From the NCBI RefSeq assembly GCF_964355755.1, contig NC_092674.1, positions 23,002,001 to 23,066,000 on the forward strand: 64,000 nt of DNA, read 5' to 3'. Made by a program: the position numbers and the translations under genes. Under the pieces are notes generated by a model, which was given only the letters and a program-made list of their open reading frames with translations, was not told the DNA's origin and did no database searches. Positions 54,127-64,000 of the stretch are shown here, piece by piece; position 1 is the stretch's first letter, and each line of letters opens with the position of its first letter. This DNA is from Antedon mediterranea (lineage: Eukaryota; Animalia; Echinodermata).

Positions 54127-55503
54127 GTAAGTCGTAAGGTAGTTAAGAAACATAGTAACTAAGGACGATGGTACATCTTTCCAGGATCTCACTGACACTG
54201 TGGGTTGCAATATAATGCAATTTTATGATTATGTATGATTTGAACCAATCTAATTATTAATTCATATTTATTTTCCAGATTCTGAAGGCATTCCTCCCCG
54301 ATATGATTAAACGCAACGAAGGCCACATTGTCACAATTGCTTCACAAGCTGGAAAGTTTGGTACTCCACGCATGAGTGATTACTGTGCATCTAAGTATGC
54401 AGCAGTCGGGCTCGGAGAAAGTCTGCATTCAGAGCTCCGAGTACTTGGAAGGGCAGGAGTTAAAACAACGCTTGTTTGCCCATTTTTCATCGATACAGGG
54501 ATGTTCACAAACTTATCTTTTAAGTTAGTAAATAATCAATTAACATTTTTATGTCGTTGTTATGGTCCTTGCCTAGCATTCTCATGATCCTGAGTTAAAA
54601 TCATTTCAGATTCTTCTTTTAGAACATACATGTTTGAATTCATGTATTCTGTATTTTGTTCTTGTTAATAGAAAGTTAAATTTTCTTTTTTTTACAGGAC
54701 TGATTCAATATTAAAACAAGATGATGCTGTATCAACAATTGTTGATGGTGTGCTGAGAAACAAGCGGGAAATTGTCATTCCAAGCAAGCACAACATCAGG
54801 ATAATGTTCAAAGCGTAGGTTTTAGTATACATTTAAAAATTCTCAAGGGTTGGTGTGTAAACGACTTGCCCTTGGCTAGGGGTGTCCCAGAGTAGCTGTT
54901 CTACTGTAGTCACTTTATATTTCCAATAAAATACACAACCTGCTATTCAGTGTATATTTTGGGGATTGAAAAAGTGTGGGAGATAGGGTGTTGATTTAAA
55001 ATATATTTTTTTAGAATTGTTTCAATTGATATTCAAAAAAAAAAAAGTCTTTTGCATACTGTTTAACATCTATTTTTAAATATATTCTTTATCAATGTAG
55101 TAACGAAATATTAATTGTTTTCATGTTTTACAAATAATATACCACTAAACACAGTAAAACATTGCGATGTAATACTTTGTTGAAACTATCACCGCCCTAG
55201 TCGATTGAAATAGTACAGTACATGTAACGATACATCACTACGACGTGTATATGTTTATATAATGTAAAACAATATGTGAAAACCACCTCTATTCGTGGCA
55301 AATCATAAATTCGATTTAATCGTCAATAAATATTAAATTATCTAACATCTCTACTTAACTTCTTAAAATAATAAAACTGATATTTTATATTGTATAATTT
55401 GGTGTTTATTTTTTTTTTCAGATTTGCTCCATTTTCAGTGTATGATCTCATAGAAGATTTTACTGCCATAAATGTTGGGTCACAGTCAGGAAAATATGAC
55501 TAA
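53677..55503 (+). CDS. SDR16C-family short-chain dehydrogenase/reductase (epidermal retinol dehydrogenase 2 / RDH10 / 17-beta-HSD11-like), 4 exons, 297 aa
   Basis: Exons 53677-54126, 54279-54523, 54698-54814 and 55422-55503 splice in frame (894 nt). Hydrophobic N-terminus, TGAGHGLG (TGxxxGxG), LWDVN, NNAG, FEVNAISHFW, catalytic Ser (IAS) and YCASK, VCPFFIDTGMF. Confidence 0.92.
54279..54523 (+). CDS. SDR exon 2 (active site)
   Basis: ttccag|ILKAFLPDMIKRNEGHIVTIAS...DYCASK...CPFFIDTGMF|gttagt. Confidence 0.92.
54698..54814 (+). CDS. SDR exon 3
   Basis: ttacag|TDSILKQDDAVSTIVDGVLRNKREIVIP...|gtaggt; phase-compatible. Confidence 0.85.
55422..55503 (+). CDS. SDR exon 4 (terminal)
   Basis: tttcag|FAPFSVYDLIEDFTAINVGSQSGKYD-TAA; phase-compatible. 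Confidence 0.8.
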
Positions 55504-55664
55504 AGATGATGATGATCTTGCAAAGTCTGAAATATAATGTTAACATTCCAAAAAAAAAATCAAATAGTACAGTGTGAAGGATTATAATTTTATATGTATA
55601 ACTAAATTTATTTGTCATTGTTAATCAAATTTATGAATGGCAAACATGTATAAAATGTTCAATA

Positions 55665-55809
55665 CAGTAGAACCTCTCATTCTCTATTGAGGGAACACTT
55701 TCCCATGAAAAAAAGAGCCAATATATGGCCAATCAGTATTCAGGTGACACCACTATTAAGGGGATACTTGGTTGGTCCCAACATTGTCCCCTTAATAGAG
55801 GTTCTGCTG
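55665..55809. mobile_element. pogo/Tigger-like MITE (CAGTAGAACCTCT family)
   Basis: TA-CAGTAGAACCTCT...AGAGGTTCTGCTG-TA; internal TATTAAGGGGA(C/T)AC and TGTCCCCTTAATAG motifs shared with other copies. Confidence 0.75.
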
Positions 55810-56029
55810 TAATATTTGTTATATGCAGTTTATAATTTATCTATCGATTTACTATAATACTATAGCAGATTTAATATATACTGTAATAATAAAATACATG
55901 ATATATATATATATATATAATGTGATCACATCTGTGTGTTTAGATTGCTAGATTTGAATAAATGAAATGTCTTTCTTATGCGTACATTCATTTTTCAGTT
56001 GATTGTGTTCAAAATTATAGAACTTTTTT

Positions 56030-56430
56030 AATAAAAGTTTTGGTCAAACGCCTTATTTTTTAAGGAGTCTCTCAGATATACAAAAACAGATAAATAAAAA
56101 TTTAAAAAACAATTACAAAGTGTCACATCACGCTCGTACAGTATACTGACGAGCCGCTTCAGTGCCCGAATGACAGATGGATAAAAGCTGTTACGAAAAC
56201 CTATTTTTACGAGAGATGATAGATTGGTAACGTCTACCTCAAATACATTATACATAGGATGAAAAGAATCTTGCAATATAGAATGTTTTCTTAATTGATT
56301 TTCAAAAACGGATTCAATAGAACTCTGCTCAATTCCAATGGTATGTGATGCATACTTTTGTAGATCTGACTTATCTTTACTTGTGGCCCCTGTGAACCAC
56401 AAAACAGACACAGACACTTTCAAAGACTGA
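56030..56430 (-). mobile_element. Degenerate LINE ORF2 C-terminal fragment (Rex1/L2-like)
   Basis: WFTGATSKDKSDLQK..ASHTIG...ILQDSFHP...FRNSFYPSVIRAL resembles the C-terminus of Rex1/Babar-like RT ORFs. Confidence 0.6.
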
Positions 56431-56760
56431 CTTGAAACATAACTTAGGTTTTAATATAGGGTTATGCAAAAAGTTAAAGGCGTTGTTGGGCTTTTTGAAT
56501 GCACTTGGTTATGTGATCATGCCATTTAATGTATGCTATTTTTATATTATTAGTTTTTAAACTGATTCAATAGAGTGAAACCTGCGCTTATTATCATGTT
56601 TGAAATTTCATGTGTTTCGGGTCTGGAAATAGAAAAAGAAACACCTGATATGATATATATTTTTGCATTTTATTTGCGGTATAATAATACTGTATAAGGA
56701 AAATGTACACATTAGAACCAAACGTACTGAAAATCCTAGTTTCTATTTTTTTATTCGCAA

Positions 56761-56870
56761 GCGTACAGGAAATGCGTACCGGAAATGAGTATCGGATGGG
56801 CGTGACGCGTTCACGTGGAAGGTGCGTGTATTACGCGAAGAAAGTCACACCAAAGGTCAGCCAATGCGCT
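56761..56870. promoter_or_regulatory. CpG-rich motif cluster, candidate Rab33 promoter/enhancer
   Basis: Tandem GCGTAC(A/C)GGAAAT ETS cores at 56761-56786, TGACGC at 56803, TCACGTGG at 56811-56818, CCAAT at 56861, in otherwise CpG-poor DNA. Confidence 0.45.
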
Positions 56871-57717
56871 CAATGTTTACAGTGCATTCTTTTGTCGCAT
56901 CGTGAAGGTTTCTTTTCAGTAACTTTTATTTTCAAGAGAATTAATAGCCGGCTATAAAATCTCTATGGAAAATTGATTTGATTTAATAAATAATATGCCG
57001 AAAACTTTTGTTATCGATTGCAAACAAGTTTTATTAATAGCGCCACCAAGAGATATAGTATTTTCGTTGACCTGGTTTTTTTAGTACAAAATTATAAATA
57101 CTGTTGAGTGTTGTAATAATGGAAGAATAAGTGTAGATTTTGTTTTTCTACCCATACCATTCAAAATGTTGGAAAATCTTAAATCTAAGGAAATAAAAAG
57201 TGAAAGAGTTCATATATGAAAAAGACGTATATTTAAATAGGGAATGCTCTTTACCGACCGCCGTGTTTCATTTTATTTTTATAATCGCGAAATCGCAGAA
57301 AGATTTGTCGTCTGCTCTGATTCTTTGAATCTCTAAAACATTTAATTTTTTATGTCGATATTTTATATTATTAAATATACTCCCAATTAACTAGACTATT
57401 TAATTCTCAATTTGCTTATTATTTTTACAAATAGGTATAGAAATATCGTTTTATTTAATATTTTGAAGTTTTAAAAAATTTAATTCCAACATTTCATTGG
57501 ACGAGGGTGGGTGTTTCATTAAAAAAACGAAACTGTAACATCGTGATGGCTAAATTTAGGGTGGAGATTTATATTTGAAACGCAACAGATTGTTGTCTAT
57601 ATTCATTTTACTACCACGGTAAATGATTTAAAATAACCAGGAAAGTATAAACAATATACAGGAGTTATTTATTTGTAAGCGTTTGGCAGTGTCATTTGAA
57701 AAACACTAGGCCAAAGG

Positions 57718-57951
57718 ATGGGTGATAAAAACGGCGACACCACCAGCGGTGAAACGACGTTTGAGAATCCTTATGACGAAACAGATAAACAAAAACGTAT
57801 CTTTAAGATTATAGTGATAGGAGATTCTAATGTTGGCAAAACATGTCTTACTTTTCGCTTTTGTGGTGGAAAATTTCCAGAAAAAACTGAGGCTACTATA
57901 GGAGTTGATTTTAGAGAAAAAACTATTGATGTTGATGGTGAATCTCTTAAG
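57718..57951 (+). CDS. RAB33: Ras-related protein Rab33, first coding exon (78 aa); remainder not found in window
   Basis: [42 protein letters not shown]...DGESLK|gtaaac; P-loop and effector loop typical of Rab33A/B. No WDTAGQE exon seen up to 64000. Confidence 0.92.
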
Positions 57952-58898
57952 GTAAACATGTTTTTAAAAAAAATTATTTAATATTTTAATATAAACTTTA
58001 AAGTAAAAAGATTTTTGTGTCAATGTTTGTTGTGTTTATTTATGTACTTATATATTAAAATCTGCCTTGTAAAATACCGGCATGGACCAGAGTCCTTTCA
58101 TACACAGTTACTGGTAACGCACGCCATTGACGTACTGCAGTGTAGTATAGGTTTTGAGAGCATCACTAATGCTCTCTATTATCATCAAGACCAGATGATG
58201 ATCGCATCGTCTAACTCTGGTGAAGTATATGAGTGGAATCATCATGACCGTCTGCAGATGTTTTTGCAGGGATTTAAATGTTAATCGGTATTTGATCTTT
58301 TTTGTAGTATTTTATAGCCGAAAAAAATTTAAAATTCAGTCGCCGGGAGAAAATGTGAAAAACACGGAGGCCGGGAGAGAGTTAAGAGTTAATTTCAGAA
58401 ACACCAAATAGTGAAATACAGAGTAAAAAGGAGAAATAACTGAATGTTATAATCAGTAGTTTAAGGAGCTAATTCAAATAAATCGCCATCGTTAAAAAAC
58501 CAAATACTGATGCTCCATGTTGAATGGTAACCTACAGTTCAGTAGGTATTTACACAATGCTGTATTGACAGTGTTTATCTTAAATGTTCTGACAGTGCTG
58601 GACTTATTCTAATTAGTGCCGCCGTTTGTTTAATGCTTGACACAACATGAATAGCAATTTTAGTTAAAGAATTCTTGAAAAAAAATAACAGTGTTGATCA
58701 CAACAAATTCGATGTTGAGGCTGTTATAGCAAATTAATTACAAATTCTAATAAAACAAATTATTTCTCAATAATGGAATGTATGTAATGTTTGTTGTTGT
58801 TGTTAACGTTTTCCGTCTTCCGACATTACGCTTTCCACAATTTGTTTCCATTTTTTTTCTGTTTATGGCAGGATGGTTTGTTATTGTGTTAGTGTCTA

Positions 58899-59767
58899 CC
58901 GTATATTTCGGTGTATAAGTCGCACCTGTGTATAAGACGCACCCCCTAACTGAGAGTAAAATGTCGGTATTTTTTATATCGTCGATGTATAAGACGCACC
59001 TTATATTTCATCAAAAAAATGTTTTTTTTAAATTGTAATCAATATTATTGTAATAATATATTTTGTTATATCTACAACGGCGTCCTTTATTTAGGTTTTT
59101 TCTTACCTACAGTAGGCTCGGCCGCGCCGAGCCTCAACAAGTTGTTTCTAACTTGTTATTCATGAGTTTCGCACCCGCCGCAACATCGAGTGCATGACCG
59201 TGTGCGTAACACGCACGTGTGTGGTGGGCTAGCCTCGCTCGATCATTTCGAGAGGGCGCACGTTTTCACGGACCATCGTATTCGATTAGTATCTATGTAT
59301 CCGAGAAGTGTGTACGCTAGGTCCATGCTATAATCACCTGGTGAATATACTAATCGAATACCGTACAACATGTGGCCGCCAAGAAGGGCTTTCGCTGGGG
59401 GTACGGCGGTCGGCGATCGTGCGTATAACTATAAATAAATACTAGGCCTAGCCTAGGCCTATTCCAATCGTAAACGTTTACAAATGAAATTTTATCGGAG
59501 CGCCTAAAACAGCTCCATAATAAACAAATCTTTTCATCATATTTAGTATAACATCACGCTAAAATGCCTTGAAAACTAGGCAGAAGCAGGTTGCCGTTAC
59601 GTTAGTACATTGTAGCTAGGCCTAGCCTACTCAGGCTAGCCAACGAGGTGACGATATGTACACTCTGTGTGGTGGTGAGGCATTTATGTTCGGTGTATAA
59701 GACGCACCCTTAATTTAGAGGTCAAATTTGCGTGTCAAAAGTGCGACTTATACACCGAAATATACGG
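58899..59767. mobile_element. Non-autonomous Tc1/mariner-superfamily (Tc2/pogo-like) element in Rab33 intron 1
   Basis: Perfect 27-bp TIR CCGTATATTTCGGTGTATAAGTCGCAC; TA on both flanks; subterminal GTATAAGACGCACC repeats; no long ORF. Confidence 0.88.
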
Positions 59768-60259
59768 TACTTGTCCTTGTAATGTAAGTCTTTCTTTATT
59801 TGATTCATCCAGTTATTTCTTGGTCTTCCTACGGGTCGTTTCACTTTCCTGTTAGTTTCCTTCATTGTTTGTTTGATTGGGGTATCATCCGTAATATCAT
59901 GTTTGCTACAGAAAAAATATATTAATTATAAAATAAATGTTTTTGTTGTATTTTTCCAAATCTGTTATAATTGTATCTACTGTATACTATTAGTACAAGT
60001 GAGGACAATACTCTTATTGTAGGTGTACAGTAAAGTACAGAGTACATTTCTCATTGAAAATATACTGGTAGAAATTGTACTTGAATAGACACTAGATTTA
60101 TATCCTTGTTGTTTTTGTAAATGATGATATAACTCTGTTTCTAAAGAACTGGGTATACTGTACTTTAAATATAGGGAATTTCTCGTAGTGTGCTCATCGT
60201 GGTAGGCAATGCAATGTTGTGGACATTCTTTTTGTTGGGTACCAAAGATGTCTCCAAAT

Positions 60260-60339
60260 GGCTTGGTTCCCACTAGAGACGCAACGCAAGCACGGAATCT
60301 TGCATTGCGTTCACGTCTTTGTGCTGCGTCGTCCAAGCC
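60260..60339. mobile_element. Internally deleted copy of Harbinger-type MITE family 1
   Basis: GCTTGGTTCCCACTAGAGACGCAACGCAAGCA matches 10593 onward; ends in CCAAGCC. Confidence 0.65.
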
Positions 60340-63300
60340 ATAATAGAGATTCTACAGTACTTAACTCATGTGAATTGTACAGTGCTACTGAAATGTTACA
60401 ATACAATGATGATTCCGTCTGTTAAAGATAATGGGTAGACAAGCCTTGATTTGGTTGAATACACACAGTGATCAAAAAGACGTGTGATTGTCTAAAGAAG
60501 TATAATACACGATTATTACGATAAACTGTGGAATGTGAACCTGAACTGTGTACAATAGTTTGTTTTTGGCGCTGCTTTTTCAATTTCAAATACTCGATAG
60601 TCATTAAAACAGAACTGAAGAACCAATTACTGATTTATTTAAACCCAGGGACCCAGAGCTTCAGTGGCCCCGGGACAGCTCGAGCATTGGAAGGCCCCTT
60701 AAGTGCTCAAGGGTAGGTAGGCCACCGCCCATTATAGGGCGCTGTTTGACAGACTTCCATTATCACATCACATAAAAAATTATTATTTTCATAATACTGT
60801 ATGTTACTGTATATTTGTTGTCTACAATGACGTGATTAAATTTGAATACTGTAGCACTAGATAAAAGATACATGGTCTTTAGAAATTTACAATCTGTCAG
60901 TGTCTATTTTTATTGCCATCATACCACATCATAGATTACAATCTCATACTCTCCTAATCCTACATGTAGATAGTTCCATAGGTTTAATGCGATTACTTTT
61001 TATCTGTTTTCGTAGAAGCAATGGCACCAGTTAAAAATAGTAATGTATTATCAGATTTAATATTTTATGATTCTTTTTTTAGTGTAAAGTTTATTTTTAA
61101 CATCAATGATATACAGCTTTCAATTTGCAATGACCTAGATAGGCATGGAGGCGTTGTTGGTCCCAAAATCCACCAAAAATGTTCAAAAAGTAGCCCACTC
61201 CCTAGCTTGGTCATCGTCGTCGGTCGATGCAAATTGGAATGATGGCCTACAAAGTATTCATGCAATGTATAGATTAGCTGAAGTAACTTGATAATTTAAT
61301 AATAAAAACTAATATTTGACTATTATATTACCTATATTAATATAGAATTTAAATAAACATTTTCAAAAATTATAATAGTACATTTTGGAAATTATACTTT
61401 TTTACACATATTTAATTTTTCGACATCATTTTCATGAAATTCATGCATGTAATTTTATACTTAAGTACGCACTTGAATATTTAATGTTGAGTACTTTTAA
61501 GTTGTCGTCCTTTACTGTTCAAGTCCGCTTGAGAGCGCTTTTGAAACAAAGTATTACTTTTCAATATCTATCATACTGTTGTTACTAAAGTAGGATTACT
61601 ATAATCGTTTCAGTACTATAATACAGTAGTACCATGTGTGCCAAGTAGGTACTGTGGGTAGGACCCTGACTTAGTAGTTCGTAAAGCTTTAACATATTAA
61701 GTAAAACTCTAGTATGCAAAGTTAAAACACTACAGAAAACTACTGAACATCATGGCGAGAATTTTTTTATTCCAATAAATAAATGAAAATCTGTAGGACT
61801 GTAAAAACAATGTGCTTAACTAGGTTGCTCTTTTTTCTAATATGTTTACAAAGATTACTATTGGATTTAAAAATTTCTAGCCCTGATGAGCTATTCAGCA
61901 TTACTATGTGCTAGAAACAGGCCATATACTGTCTGTACTATAATTACTATAAAATTGAACACAAATATTGATAAATAATAAAAATACAGTAGATGTCAAG
62001 CCATGCGGTAACCACTCTGAAACTGTAATAAAAGAGTATCATATAAACACACACACGCAAGGCAACAATAATTAGCAATATTTCACGCTTAATTATTGGC
62101 AAGCTGTAGACGGCAATATTGGCTTGTGATGTCATGTCTCAGCAAAACATAATTTAGATACATTGCCTCTGGATAAAATAACATTAAGATTGAAAATTCA
62201 TGTCACTGAATATTATTCTTAAAAACATTTTAGTTATAAAATATGTTTGTGAATAATTGTAATATTGTGAATATACAGTATAATTATATAGTTTCTTTTA
62301 AGAATTATCAATAATAATTAATATACTGTACTTTACATTCTAACTATAACATGCAGTGTTGTAAATCTTTATTTTATATTTCATAAGCGTAAATACCCTC
62401 CGTAGGGCAGCCTCAACCCTACCCGGAGCGGTTCAGATAATCTTTCTATAAAGTATATCTAGCATTTGGAAATTTTTGAATTGTAGGATGTCTAGAAATT
62501 CATTTCATCTTCTTGTCTCAATGCGCGGCATGTTTTGTGTTAATTGACATACAGCAAATTAATAGCCAATACACAATTGTGACGTCTTTATTATCTGACC
62601 ATCTGAATAACTCTATCTTACCACTTAGTTAATAACTAAATTAAAAGCAAAAATATAGACATCAGCAAAGGTGTACGTTAATGCTGTTTATGAGTGATAA
62701 TAGATAATTTGGCAGGTTTTTAATGCTCTCTCTCAGTTGAAGGACTACAGTACAGTACTAAGCTGTACGTTACTGTTGTATATACTGATCCTTTGCAACA
62801 CCTAGGTTTTCTCTTTGCCATAAAATCGATTTTCAAAAAGCATGCCATGCCAGTGAAGAAAATATTAATTTTATTATTTAATGAGATTTTGGGACTGTAT
62901 TATAAACTGAAGCTAGTTTTTAAATCCAAATCCACATATTTATTTATATATGTCTAGCCTCTATCTTTAAAAAATAGGAAAATGAACATTTTAGGAAAAC
63001 AGGAATAGTAGTACAACAAATAATATACAAACATCATCTATATTAATTTTTATATAGCGTGGATAAACAAATCATTCACACAACGCTTTTCACAATACTG
63101 GGTACATTTGGCCACAAAAAAGACTACAACATTAAATAAAAAATAAAAAAACAACTTATAAATGGATTAATCAATATTATGGATACAGTAAGTCTATACT
63201 GTATGAAAATAAATAATAAAATACAGTAAAAGCATAGTCATATGCACCACCACAAACATTCCGCAATTACAATTTAGCATTCTAGATATTTTTGTTTGAA

Positions 63301-64000
63301 GCGCATTTAATGCTTTAGGTCAATCACCAGAGATGAGTATAAATTAAAGCTGCGTTATCAATTATTAGGTGAATGAATGATGTCGTCCATTATATAGGTA
63401 CTTATTGCATTCATGATTCAGTAATTTATTACAGTAGTCTGTTTACATTAAAAAATGGAGCTAAAAAACCTTTTGGTTTTCTTCTTAATTATGAATTATT
63501 TATTACTACAAGTGAATTACCTCAATTATCATAATATTATGAAACTGGGTCATAGTTTACTTAATTATATTTTTGCGCCGCTCCTATAGGCAGTTATATA
63601 TTCAAGCAAACGGAAACATTAAGAAACAGTTACCATGCGGTAAGTTTACTACGGTTGTGAAAAAATGTGTTTCGAAACTCGGACTGGGCAAGACAGTCTA
63701 TGAAAATATTTGCTGAGATAATACAGTAATAATAAGATAATAAGATGCATGTAGACAGTAGTTATCGTGAGATGAGCGGCGTTTTTTTGTAAGAAATATT
63801 TCTTGTTATATTATAGCTTCAATGTATTATTACACATACAGTAATTAAGTTATATTTTAAAAACTTGCTTGTAGATAATAATAATAATTTATTACGTGAC
63901 CACCAAATTGTTAGTAGTTTTAATCCATACAACACTGCAAACACTGAAAACAAGTGAGGTTAAGCTGACACAAGATAGAGTATAACATGTTCAGTGTTCT

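Overview
AT-rich (roughly 30% GC by eye) animal genomic DNA with canonical GT-AG introns, most consistent with an invertebrate deuterostome such as an echinoderm (inference). There are three + strand protein-coding genes. (1) The 3' part of a FREM2/sea-urchin ECM3-type basement-membrane gene: 21 exons at 22734-51082 that splice in frame (4253 nt, about 1417 aa), encoding five Calx-beta domains, the conserved C-terminal region, furin-type basic sites, a TM helix and a C-terminal -TEV PDZ ligand. Its 5' exons lie upstream of the window, so 1-22733 is probably one large intron. (2) A complete 4-exon SDR16C-family dehydrogenase (retinol/17-beta-HSD11-like; 53677-55503, 297 aa). (3) The first coding exon of Rab33 (57718-57951). 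Non-coding DNA holds non-autonomous DNA transposons of several superfamilies (Kolobok-like, PIF/Harbinger-like, Tc2/pogo-like, a possible collapsed hAT), a tRNA-derived SINE, LINE 3' remnants and small tandem repeats. I found no convincing novel multi-gene system. The best leads are the conserved exon/large-intron architecture and linkage, nuclear-receptor motifs at the SDR promoter, strong enrichment of transposon-footprint-like words, and several structured non-coding elements.
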